Source of the DNA: Bigelowiella natans CCMP2755
Taxonomy: Eukaryota; Protista; Cercozoa
Length of the DNA: 49,962 nucleotides
Assembly: GCA_000320545.1 (NCBI GenBank)
Contig: ADNK01000455.1
Location: forward strand, 1 to 49,962
Reading direction: 5' to 3'
The notes beneath the pieces are model-generated. The model was not told the origin of the DNA. It saw only the letters and a list, made by a program, of their open reading frames with translations, and ran no database searches. The position numbers and the translations under genes are program-made. Positions 11,944 through 24,221 of this stretch are shown one piece after another; position 1 is the stretch's first letter, and each line of letters starts with the position of its first letter.

Positions 11944-14900
11944 ATGAGAGGTTCGGAACCGCAGATCCCATTGAAGATCCCACTCTTGCTCTACATTGGG
12001 CTTTTACTGGCATCCTTGCAGTAATGTGAAGTGAAATGCTGGATGTGCGTTTCTCATAATACTTTTTTTCTAATGCAGTGCATCTACTGGAGCGTGTGTA
12101 TATGGACCCAGAGTAATGAGCGGTCTTATGCTCGTAAAATGATTTGACAACATATATGTGTGCTTTCAGCCTCTCTTTACCGGATGCACTACCAAAAAAT
12201 CAAATTGGAAATGATCTCATCAACAGATCCTCCTCATTGGGTATATTATCCTATTACCTTCTGCCTTTCAGATAAATGAGTGAGGAAAATGTCTGAGTAG
12301 GTGAGCATGCTCTTATTTGTTTGGTTCGTTTGGCCTGCCTTGATTGCTTTGAGATTCGGCGCTTCAGTAGATGTTCCATGTCCACTGTACTGAAACTCTT
12401 TTCAAAATGTAAATATAAATGATACTAAGATATTAAATTTTTACCAGATACCTTCTAGTGACTCAATTTTGTGGAGCTGGTTGGTTATAATACTTCCCGA
12501 ATGCATGGCATCCTCATGGTGCATTACAATTTTAATCTTACAGTTGCTGTGACCCTGGTGGTCTACAACACATTACTATTCTCTCTTCGTTTTGCCCAAG
12601 TGAAGGTTTGTCACACTGAGCTATGATATTCCAGTGGAAATATGGAATGTTTTTTCAGCGTCGCAAACTTGGACTTCAAGCCCAAAACGCGGAAGAAAAG
12701 GTTTGGATATTGATACCTGAAATTTCCATAGTGAAAATAAATAAAATCATAGGGGAAGTCTACAAGCTTATGGGACAACCCAAAGTTTGTCGAGAAGGTC
12801 ATCAAAACTAATTTTTGCGTTTCCACTCACGAATCTATCTAATTCTACAAATTCCCTTGAGTAAAGAACTACAGAGAATTTGTTGTACATTGACATGTTC
12901 AGACATAGAATACTTAAAAAACTAGGTTATCTCGAAGTTGGAACATAAGAAAATCACGAGATATTGCGCTGTATTGTTTACCGCGACATTTCTCATGTAC
13001 CAAGCCACATATATGATTGAGAATTTCGAACTCACTTGTTGAAACTATCAGGGTGTTCGTAAATCCTCCTAATTTTGGTATCATTTTCCGAGGAGATGAC
13101 ACATTTTGTTCAGCGAGGGCATCATTGTAAGCTAATTATCAACTCGGTTCACCATCAGTGTAACCTTATTGTTATTCTTTCAGAATAGCATTCTTAGTGT
13201 GGGTGTTCTGGGTAACGATTCAGAGCATATGATCGTACACCAGAAGTATGATACGTACTTAATCAATATGCAGATTCTTCCATATCTATACTTCGTCTCA
13301 AGAACGGATCAAATTGATCCTTACAATGTTATCTTCAAAATCAGGGTAACCTGATGCAATTTTAGGGGAATATTTCCTAAATGATTCTAATAATTGATTA
13401 GATGGAAACCTTGACAGTGGGATTGGTGTCTATTGCAACCGCGATTTTAATTCTGTGAGAAACAACTCTTCAAATGAAGCTATCATTCCTAATTCTGTTT
13501 CATCAACAGTGGATTCGAACCAGTTGTGGGAACTAGTCACTGGGGCCTTCTAAACTATGATGTAACATGGTTCATGCAGGTCTTATGTTCAAGAATAGAA
13601 AAGAATACAATGAACAGTTGTATCTTTCAGATGACTGTCTGGTATTGCGAGTCGTATCTACCCGTTAAATACACAAAGCAAAAACTAGCGTTGATGAAAG
13701 AGATTGTTCCTACAAGGCAAGTTAGAATTTCGTAAATTTCACTGGTTGGCTAATAATCTAGTACTCCTGTTTTAGTCACAAGCTTGAAAAAACTCTTGTA
13801 GACGAAGAACTTTTACTTAAATTTGAGGTTGTCCTTTCTTGCATATCTAAAACGTAAAGATTCTTGTCTTTACCCTGAGAGTTCATTTGAACTTTTCCAT
13901 GTCATGGCACAATAAAGCTGCACTTAATCGATGAATGGTCACCGGAAAATCTTCAGGTATCTCGAAACTTAGCAGTTGAAAAATTGTAAAACATCCACAA
14001 AGTAATAAAAAATACTTCATTTCTGGCAGTTTTTCAAGAATGCTGTAATCTGCAGATATCAAATACAGAAAAATTACGAGTCAGGCGAGATCATCGATTT
14101 CATCCTCTAATCTTTGATTTTGAAAGCATATGAATATGTTACTCCATCTATTGTAGAAAAATCAAAAGAGGAGAAACTCTACGCAAACAGCTTTCTCTCA
14201 AAGAAAGCGCAAATGTAAAAAATAATACACATATTGGTACATTTACATCTTTAATTGCGCATATTGTGTAACGAAAAGGCCTTATTGAAGCGGGCACAGA
14301 AAGCAACCTTCAGGATATATTTCCATTTTATAAGAGATAATGCAGTTTCTCAGGTGATTCATTTTTACATAAAATTTTAGAGACTTTAAACAAACGCATA
14401 TTTCATGTAGGTTAATATTCCTGCCGACGTTCTTTCGGAGCTGGAAGACTATTTCTCAGCATCTTGTTTCGAAGATTTAAGGTTAAATTTATAAGATTGA
14501 TATAATTCTAAAATCTAAGTGCCAAAAACAAATACAGAATCCAATTCTATGGCATGACCCATGTCTCGGCCTTATCTCGGAGGTGAGCCAACCTCCCAAA
14601 ATCGTACCCACACAATGAAAAATGGTTTTTTCCATAAAGTGCAACCGCTGATGAAGAAAGGGCGGCTATGGTGGTAACAATCATTATCCGAAGAAGATTA
14701 ATATAGGGACCCAAAATATATATCATTTTAAGGTGGCTCCAGCTGATGATGATAGTAGGGGCCGAGCAAAAACATTCCATGGTATTACGTTTTCCCAACA
14801 CAACTGAATCTTTCAAATTCAAATTCTCAAACAATCAGGCGAGGCTCCTCAAGAATTTGTAGTAACTTTACCGTGATCAATACGTTACATAATATCATCC

Positions 14901-16406
14901 TACCATTTCTGACATTTCTTTATATCTTCTAGAATCCGATTGGTCAAGTAAGCCCCACCTTAAGCCAGGTCAAACCTCGACAAGTACGGGTTAAACAAGT
15001 TAAACATAGTTTTCTGCAATTGTTTCTGTGCATCTCAAGGGGGCGAGTCGAGGTGCAACTCCAAGGAATGCGCCATTAGATAGTGGTATGTTCTTTTTAA
15101 AAATGAAATCATCTGTCTCATATGAACTTGTTATCGTAGGTCTACGTATGGACTCTGAGCTAGGTATCGTAGATTCTTATACTTTCTTCGTGACGGTAGT
15201 AATACGTGTGATTGATATGGTTCAGGCAAAGGAACCCCAACTGCCAGTGAGATTCGAGGGTAAAACCAAATAATCGGCATGCTATTTCTAATCGAAACAA
15301 GCTGATATAGATTCCACACGTAAACAGAACCAGTAGGGACGATATCAGAGGTAGGAAAATTAGAATTCGATTGCAACATGCAACCTGAAATCATACATGA
15401 TCCATTCCGTAGTTGCCTCCCCTGGACCAGACACCTCCATGCGGAATATGAGCAGTACCACTTTCCAGAAGACGTCTCAAATATCTAGCAGAAGACCGGG
15501 AACTCCACAATTAATGTTCCACGGTAAACATTTGTAGTGTGGAATATTATGTATTCTATTGTTCATAGAGGTCAATTTGTCTCCCTAGATAAAAAGGGAA
15601 AGAATTTCGCCGCTCGTGCGAAAAAACTTCTAAGTAAAGAGAACAGGGATTTTATCGAGGTATCAAGTATAAAGAGAAACATGCAACAATTTCAACGTCT
15701 GGTGATGATTTGTTAGGCCTTGCAGAATACTCGGGACCTTAATCGTAAGCCTAGCAAATATTGCATTGTTGACACGATAATATATTCACGTGTACAAATC
15801 AGGGTCATCAGAAGGAAATAAATATTTAAAATCCCACCAAGTAATTAGTAGGACTTCTGATTCAGATCAGAAAAAGCTGTGTAAGAAACGATTCTTTCTT
15901 CAATCGTTTGATCATCTAATTTTGATTTGACATTAGCAGTAATGAGTTCCAAAAAACGTAGCAACGATGAAAAAAAATCAGGATGGGTACTTAGGCACAG
16001 ACACGCATATATTAGTTAACGAAATTAAGTGTGCACTATTTTGGAACAGATCGATGATGATATCCGAGAAGAAATTGAAACGGTGTTGAGAGTAAACCTT
16101 ATTTAGAATCTAACACTGAAGATTTTATTCTTGTATTTATCTTGTTCAGTTGATGGGTGTCTTTGACCAAGCCAAGCAAAGGGTACTCTCCATCTTAAAT
16201 AATTTGTTATTACGATAAAAGTAAATAATAAAAGGTTTATTACTTGATGGAAAGAGATTCTCATCGACGCTTCATTGTGAAACCCGAGGTAGATTATCTG
16301 TTTACATTAAATAAGGATTAACTAATCTGTACCATGGGATTGCATTAGAATAACTTAATCCATATTTTTGCAGATTCGAAATTTGCTAGCTGGAGAGGAC
16401 GTATAG
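11944..16406 (+). CDS. Multi-pass (7TM-type) RGS protein, about 30 short exons
   Basis: Hydrophobic exons (LLLYIGLLLASL; VSMLLFVWFVWPALIALRFGASVDVPC; TVGLVSIATAILIL) precede RGS motifs: LEKLLVDEELLLKFE|LHLIDEWSPENLQ|FF (13776-14035), FIRDNAVSQ|VNIPADVLSEL (14325-14445), and GVFDQAKQR|VYYLMERDSHRRFI (16150-16288). Stop follows IRNLLAGEDV. Confidence 0.8.
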
Positions 16407-16619
16407 TTTTGCCTCCCATGTCGAGAATGATATACATTTTGTATTCCACAGTCAGAAGGCATACTGATATTAATATTTTGTCCACGATTTTGAGTTTTAA
16501 TTTTTCCTGGCTTCACAAACATTGTGTTTCCTGTGAGTTGTAACTCGATAGGTGCTCTAAAACATGTCTGTGTTTTCAATTAACTTGATTCCAATCGTGT
16601 CCCACGAAAACAATGTCCA

Positions 16620-17530
16620 CAGATGTGTCGCAAATGTTACTTGTGGTTTTCATTGCTGGTCATCTGATTACACTGTTCAGCGCGCATGAGCTAGTGAAAC
16701 ATGAGATGAGCTGATGCATCCAAAAACACCGCCAAGCATTCTAGCATTTTGCTCCTCAATGTTGATGCAGAATGATGCTGGCAACCTCTCTAGCTCTCCT
16801 CAAATTTGCACAGCAGAGAGACCAAGCTAGCATCATGGATGCATGTTGACATTCTAGTCATTGCTAATTTTGCAACAAAACGTGTTAGGCATCCCAAATG
16901 AAAGCCAACAATCACTACTAGCTAGCAAGCTAGATTAGACTAGCTAGCTAGATCATGACGCACAAACACGCTAGCACGTCTAGACGTCATTTGACGGTGT
17001 GTGCGATCTCTAGATTTAGCGATGCTGCGACTGCTCAAGTGCACTGTCTAGCTGTCTAGCTAGCTAGCTGTGCATGCAGCATGCTAGCATGTCGAGAGCG
17101 ATTCTTTGACAGCTCTAGTTAGCTAGAGCGCTAGCTAAGCTCTAGACTAGTTGTTGTTGTTGTTGTCCTGCTAGTGATGTGACCCTTCACTCGCAAACAA
17201 ACACGCGCACACATTGCACTAGTGCACGCTAGCACACCATCACATTCTAGCATTGTCCATGCAAATGAGGCGTGCGCATTCTAGCTAGCTCTACACGCTG
17301 ACACGTGCGATGTCTAGATCTAGAGATCTTGAGATGTGTGTGACGACATTGCAGCTCATCATCACGCACCTTCGGCAGAGTTTGCTGCATCTCTGGACCT
17401 AGCCATGTGCGTACTGCATGTCTCTGTGCGTGGATGTCTCTAGCTAGCTAGGTCTGAATGTGCACAGATGAGCAAAACACCGAACCACAATGGATGTTCT
17501 GTGTGATTCTTTGATTCGCGCATGTCTTCA
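16620..17530. other. Palindrome-rich spacer element 2 (convergent 3' ends)
   Basis: Many (CTAG)n runs, CATGCTAGCATG 17080-17091, ATGTCTAGAT 17310-17319. Only one GG and no CC in 16921-17160. Confidence 0.85.
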
Positions 17531-17596
17531 TCGCCGATCCGATCGCATGTACTATTTTTAATCTGCCGTCCTAAATCATCTTGCGATGAAAACCGT

Positions 17597-18953
17597 TCAA
17601 GACATTTTGTAATAAACATGTTGGGAAGGCTTGGAAACCTCCTTTGATTTTGTAAATCGTCCGAAGCACCACCAAAAGATGCCTCCTAACCCAACTATAC
17701 CAACTAACACTGATAGGCTAGTTTTTACAGTTTCTCTTCGGCATCGCTTCCTTTCTTGTACTCGCCACCCAAGGTCATTGATTGTTTCATGTTTTTCGCA
17801 GAGATGCTCTTTCCTTGGTAATACAAAAGGATCGCCATCGTAAAATTCAGCAACATGAAGCCTAGCCCTATACTTGTAGACAATCTCCAGGAACATGTCT
17901 TCATCGTCAATTTTTCTATCTCCTCCTACGCACAGTGGATTATAAAACCCTTTCAAAAGGGAATAGGAATTTCTGGAACTGGGTGGCGAGTAGTCTAAGA
18001 CACTGCGCTCAACTTGTCCAACCATGGCTTGGAGAGGTATTCGAACATCAATGTAGGCACCTGGTCTCTCTGCCATCGTGTGCATAAGATCTCCATATCT
18101 TGCCTCGAGTATAATAAGCCCATCCTCACCCTCCTGTTTAAGTATCTTTGCAACCTGCTCGCGCATATTTTCGCAGGACATATTTGCTTGATTTTGGTAC
18201 ATTAAGGTGAGCTCTTCTCGAGCAACAGAACGATCCTGCTTGTTTGGAAAGTTCTCCATGTCATATATTTTTCTTTTGACTCTGTCAAGGAGAATCTCCT
18301 TTGCCTCACACACATTGTTCCATTTCTTCTTTGCTTCTGCACGTAAAGTGTCCCGTTCCTTATTCAATCTTTCTAACTCAACGCCTAGTTCAGAGAACTG
18401 TCGAAGGAGTGCTGGATCTGCTTCTTCTCTGCTTTTTAATTGAGTGTGAAGTTCTCTGAAATGGGTCTCTTTCTCTTCCATTTTTTCCTATCAGGATATT
18501 TTATCTCAAAATAAAAAGTAGAAACGGCCTGAACTAAAATACTGAACCCGTTCGTTGAATTTGCGGACGACCAAGTCATCGTGGTAAACTAGCATCCTCT
18601 TTGCAGCATTACGAATTTCAGTTCTAGTTGCGAACACGTCATCGAGCCTGACCAATGTGCACAATACTAACATGAATATAAGTGAACACGTGGTCTAAGC
18701 AAGATAATAAACCTTAAAAATCATAAATACAAATAAACATGATATAAACTTCACACAAGTTGATCGTAATTTGCTGCATGATGCCAACACACATGGTTAG
18801 CACAACGTTTAGCCCGTGTAGACGTCGTACGTAAACATTAATTACAAAGGCAATGAAAACTATTTAGTGGTGAAGAGACCCGAGCACGCTGTACAACCCG
18901 AGATCTCCGTGCTTTCTTTCTTTGTAATCGTAGTGTCCTCCTGCATCTGCCAT
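17597..18953 (-). CDS. DNAJC11-like protein: degenerate J domain + DnaJ-C11 C-terminal domain + C-terminal TM
   Basis: J-domain helices: LYSVLG|LDDVFATRTEIRNAAKRMLVYHDD ... AKKKWNNVCEAKEILLDRVKRKIYD. DNAJC11 C-terminal signature: GLIILEARYG...IDVRIPLQAMV...LKGFYNP...LEIVYKYRARLH...LPRKEH. Ends in a hydrophobic segment, VLVGIVGLGGIFWWCF. Confidence 0.78.
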
Positions 18954-19377
18954 GACCACCAGCCCAAAGCAAAGAGCAAGTCGAGGGAATGAACAATATC
19001 TGGTGACCGAAGGCAGCTCCCAGCTGAAAAGCACAGGATGATAATCGGTCTTTTCACCTAAATCCAGACGTGCGTCGAAACCGTGTCGCACGTAGCAGGA
19101 GGATAATCTGGACCAGTCAAAGGGCCGAAAACGGAGGCCAAAACGAGAATGGCGATGAACAAAAACGTCCTACATTCGGCATCATCGCAATGTACCGCCC
19201 ATCATCGATCACCGCCTATTTTTAGAACGCACGTGCAATAGCAAAAGTGGGTGTAGGTCTAGAGCTGAGGCGTGTCTCCAAGCTCCGCTTGTTATTTTGG
19301 GATATTTCACCGTAATCCGTCCACAGCGCGCCTTCGGTGCTCAAAAAGAGGCTGCTACCCCCACCGAAGAAACGAAG

Positions 19378-19380
<3 letters not shown>

Positions 19381-19414
<34 letters not shown>
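19381..19414. repeat. (AG)n microsatellite just upstream of the ATG at 19441
   Basis: Read directly. Confidence 0.95.
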
Positions 19415-19417
<3 letters not shown>

Positions 19418-19440
19418 CCAAAAGCACCAGTTGGAGAAAA

Positions 19441-20890
19441 ATGGGTTTCGTTTTGGCATGGGCAGTTTCTGATGGTGTCAAGACTGTGTTCTCCTTTGCG
19501 GTGTTCTCCTACTCCATTAATCTTCTAAGCGAGAGGCAGGGAAACATCGTACTTTTGCGTGCCAGAATTGGCGTCACCCTGACTTGGCTGCTCATGACGG
19601 TTTTTCACGTGGTCATATGTCAAATATGCAAAAGTGAACAAGGCTATGTGATGATTAACGAACCTACGTAATTGTTTCACAAGGGTGCACACTCGCCCGC
19701 GCGATTCGGGTGGCAAGCTTATCTGATTTTGAACTCTGCACTTGTGGTCAGGACATAAATTCTCATCACCCATAAATTTTCATCAGTAGATTGACTTTGT
19801 TTTTATTTGTGCGAACTTAAGCTGACTCTTGCGGAGATGTCGCTCTACATGTGTAAGATCCTATCAAACGCCTATTTTCAATCGATCGGTCGTTCATCGG
19901 ACACTCCTCGCTTCGGTCCCCTCATCATCAGCCTGGGTACTTTAAATCTTTGTCATTGAAGAAAGTGGAACTACAACTAAAAAAAATTCAATGCCGTTAC
20001 TTTGCTGACTAAATTTTACAGGAATGATGCTGGTTTTCATGTTGACAATTCTTGCTATCGTAGCCGTTCTCGCGACCAATAGAGTGGCATTTAACTCCCT
20101 CCGTCATTTTTCGATTGTAATGACAGCACTGTTTGCTGGTTGCTATTTATTATACGCTGCAACATCTCTTCAAAAACTTATTTTCAAATCCAGGGTAGCC
20201 TTAAATACAGCGGATTCAATGAATTCCAAACCTAAAACCCGGTATTCTTTTAAGAACACACCAAAATCCAAAGGGAACAGGCACACTGCTGGAGAATTTG
20301 ATTTAGAATCAGGACCATCTACGTATCTAGAGAAGGAAAAAGAAACGAAGATTTCCAAACCATCCTCCGAAATGAAAAGCTCAATGATCCATCTCATCGC
20401 ATCAGCACCATCAACTAAAGATAAATTTGGTGACCAACCGAAACCTACGAAAGTAGAATTAGAGAGGGGGCTGTGGCGCCATTCTCACTCCAAGGCAAAT
20501 TCCTTCTCCAAGCCCGGTACTCCAATAAAGACTAGAAGAAAATCACGATCAGAGACTCAGAAAGCAGCACATTCTCCTAATTCAAACCAACCATCCACCT
20601 ACCCTACTGTTAATGGGGAGGGAGCAGAGTTTACAAAACTTGATCCTAGGGAAGTATTGGAAAGGAAAGTGCTTCGAAAAATCAAAATCATAAAACTCAT
20701 TACCATTATTGTTGTACCAGCAATTGTAATTTTCGTCGGAGCCATTGGTTGGAGTCAGCTCAACGATGGCGGCAAATATAGTGCTGACGACAATGAAGAA
20801 AACTCAGAATACAGTGTTAGTCGAGACGTGAATAACTATATTGCTATAATGCTTAACTGTGGCTACATGTATTATGTCTATGGTAAATGA
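19441..20890 (+). CDS. GPCR-like multi-pass membrane protein with a long basic/Ser-rich cytosolic loop
   Basis: Hydrophobic first exon 19441-19667. The 288-codon terminal ORF has two TMs, a ~150-aa hydrophilic loop, then two TMs ending GYMYYVYGK*. Confidence 0.65.
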
Positions 20891-21049
20891 ACTCGCGTTT
20901 ACATGTCCATTACCGGGAAACTTGATGGCGTTCAATTTTAGTTGCACGCATCATGTCATTCCTGCAGCAAAAAACAAGATTTTCTCTCCTTCCAAATGTG
21001 TTCAGATGCGTCCATGTCCCTCTAGCTCTCATTTTCTCTCTCATCGACA

Positions 21050-21460
21050 AAACCTAGATCTGCAGTGCTGCTTTCATTGCGATTTTTGATGCTTGCATGA
21101 AAAACATTTCACATAGCTAGATAGTTCTAGAGTTCTGAGCTTGTAGATTTGACTTGATCTACTAGCTAGCTAGCTAGCTAGTCTAGATGCCTGCTTGCAT
21201 GCTAGCATGCAATGTCACGGTTGTGTTGGTTCTGGTGGCACGGTGGCATCCTCGACGTTTTTGATGAGACCACGCGTGCAAGTCTAAAAGCATACGTCTT
21301 GACGTACTAGCAAAAACCATTGCTATTATGCGCGGATGCCGTGTCTAGATTGCATCGGGACGAAAGGTTCATCTAGACATCAACTTGTTGCGTCACATGT
21401 CTCAAATGCCCATTTTAGCAGCATTAAGCACGCGTCGTCTAGCTAGCTGGCTAGACTAAT
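21050..21460. other. Palindrome-rich spacer element 3 (convergent 3' ends)
   Basis: (CTAG)5 at 21162-21181, 18-bp palindrome TTGCATGCTAGCATGCAA 21195-21212, ATCTAGACAT 21371-21380. Confidence 0.8.
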
Positions 21461-21603
21461 AAAACTTTAACTATCAATCAATGCCATTGATTCAAAGGAA
21501 GGCAAGTTTGTACCCCAGCAATTCTAACAGCTTCTCTGTAGGGACTAATTTACTGTTGCATTTAAGCTTGTTTTTCCCATGAGATCAACTGTTCTATTAG
21601 GCT

Positions 21604-23371
21604 TCAGGCAGGGACCTTAGAGCTCAGAGGTGTCCAAGCATAATATATGTAGTAACCTGCAAGAGAAATCAGAATGATTTCCCCTAACTCATCGAGTGCT
21701 GTGGTTCTTTCCAAAGAGTTGTTATGATTTTCACTGTATCTCCCTCCACGGAGATTAGCGAAAATTGCTGCAAAAAAAGCAGCTGTGGTTCCAGCAATTG
21801 TAATTATCATGCCTGCGATACTTATGTTTTTCAGCCGATCAGTGGTCCGTTTTGATTTCTTCTCTGCTACCACTGACATTGACTGATGGGGTTGCTTGCT
21901 TTTATGGGGATGACTTTCTGGACTTCGTGATCTCGAGCATAGGGTTTTTCTATGAGTCGCACTATGAGTAGGGGTTACATGTTGAGGGGTTGGGGTTATT
22001 GTCTTTGTGCTTTTCATCTCATCAGTGGTGGGAGTATACTCTTTCCTCTGACATTCAACTGCATTCCTTTCTTTTTCCTGCACAACTGCGAGATCGGATG
22101 TTCTGGCATCAATATAAGGTCTAGTTGCAGTACTGACTTTCATTTGCGTCGAAGATTCCTCAAGTACCGCCTCAGTCAACAAAATGCTGCCTTCTGTCTT
22201 CCTTATTTCGAGGGATTTCGTTCTCGTAAAATTATCGCCATCTTTTACCGACGATGATAGGAAACCAGGCATAGCTCTTGTCTCAGAAACACCTTTCTCC
22301 ACTATGACACTACTGAGCTTTTGTGACTCATTACGAGTATCTACTATCATTATCATACGAGGGGGACGGGAGGAATTTCGTCGCCGTTGATCCATCTCTT
22401 GAGATTCTGGATGATGACTCTCTCGACTTGCCGCTCGACTTTGCCGACTCTGCCTGCTTCCACGGCCTTCTTTCTGCGATGTTGACTCTTTATGAAAGAG
22501 TTCGTGATGATTTCTCATAAGTTTTCTATAAAGAGAAACGAAAGTGTGCACTGCACTGGAGCCCAAGGTGAGGCAAATAATCGCAGTTCCGTACCATCGC
22601 CATGAGATTTGATATAACTACAATTTCATGATACAAAAAAGTTTATCCAATGTACTCAGATTTCAAAATCCATCTCACCTCATCGAGAATGAGCACTGCA
22701 ATTATTGAAGCCATGTTTGCACTGTGTGTAGACATTCATGATCAGTTGAACTCTGTTTTTCAAAGTAGTTCATCGAAGATGACCTTAAAAATATCCCGTA
22801 CATCGCAATAAAAAGCTTACGCAAGTATGAAGGAGGATGGCGATTGAATCCTCTGTAGCTACTCATCTAAGAATCACCACTGCAATGAACGTATGGTCAA
22901 GCTGGTAACATTACACATGAACTACCACGACAGCTTCAACGATGTAGATTCCTATGCAACCTAGAGCAATCTGAATGATATTTCAGTGAGCATCTTTGAG
23001 TAAAAACCACAGTATCAAGCGTTATAACCAGATAGACGCTCCAGCATAACAGGTAGCATTGCCATGGAACAGTAAGAGGCGCTCTCCGGCCAAAAACGGC
23101 TGTCAATCCAAAGGGAGATGCCACTACAATCGCTCTGTAAAAATAGAATATCCAATTCACCGTCTGCTGTAGTATGTCACTTAGAATGGTGGGAATTGAT
23201 TTTTGCAATGAACAACATGACATGCCAACCCTACCGTTGCACATTCCGCTTCACCTTCTGCGGAAAATGGATTGAAAGCTGCTTACAGCATATGGCCGCC
23301 TCCACCGCAACACAGAAACTCTTAAAAAAGGAGAGGAAAGCGGCGGCGAAGGCCATAGGCTCTCCCACCAT
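21604..23371 (-). CDS. GPCR-like multi-pass membrane protein, probable paralogue of 19441-20890
   Basis: First exon MVGEPMAFAAAFLSFFKSFCVAVEAAICC, further hydrophobic exons, then a 320-codon terminal ORF with a long S/T/R/K-rich loop and two terminal TMs flanking GGRYSE, ending GYYIYYAWTPLSSKVPA*. Confidence 0.65.
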
Positions 23372-23479
23372 GGTTGTTTGTTCGTTCGTTTTGGTTTTGT
23401 GATGAACATGGTACTTCAAGCTGCATCCCGCCAAAATTAGTAGTTTTGATGACGAAGAGGCCCTTTGTTCGCTGTGGGA

Positions 23480-24190
23480 TTCGAAAGGTCATGTCGCATG
23501 AATCAAACGTATGAGGTTCATCGTCAAGCTTGCACTAGGTTGTACACGCGAAATTGTGCAAAATTGTGGGGTTTGCACTTTAATTTTGCGCGCTTTAGTT
23601 TTCTGGAACCGGTCAGTCAGGCAAAACGATCAAGTTTCTCTGGACTGCTAGTGATTGTCGTGAAGTGCTAATGATTTCTACACAGAGGTCTGTCATGCAC
23701 ATTGAATGCCCTGCAGTGCACGCTGCGGTGTACATCGCGCATGTAGTTGAATGTAGCAAGTCTAGAAGTGCACTCCGCACGCGTGCTTCAACAACATGTG
23801 CTGCCATGCATGTTCACGCCTGCGCGCCGTGAGGCAAAATTGTTGAAATGTGTGACAATGCAATGCCAACAATGCATGAAATGTTGTGAAATTGTGCTCT
23901 CGTTTCAGCATTCCGCAAACGGTGTGCAGTGTTCATCATTGCGTTGCATGTTGCATTGATTGGCATGCACAGCTAGCTGTAACGCTCTCCTACAAAGCAA
24001 GGCCACAGCATGACTCAAGCTGTTATGCCCATGATTGTTTTTCTGGGCTTCGTAGACCTGCATGGCGAGGACATGTCAACGTACCTGCAAATGCATGCAA
24101 CATGCTAGCATGTGACTAGTGCAGCTAGCCGCTTCACTTCGTGTTTCCTTCAGCGTCAACTAGCAATAACCTTAAGTATGGCTAGCCAAC
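23480..24190. other. Palindrome-rich spacer element 4 (the only tandem junction, downstream of MLYCD)
   Basis: Dense TGCA/CATG; CATGCTAGCATG 24101-24112. Confidence 0.75.
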
Positions 24191-24221
24191 AAAAGAAGAT
24201 TCCAAGACGATTATTATTTGT

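Noticed and set aside
15590-15660. LLSKENRDFIE as the start of a second RGS domain
   Set aside because: It resembles SxENL.F only loosely, and I could not find a second VNI motif. A single split domain is more parsimonious.
16620-17530. Spacer elements as CRISPR array, MITE or satellite
   Set aside because: There is no constant repeat-spacer period, no terminal inverted repeats or target duplications, and no long alignable identity between blocks.
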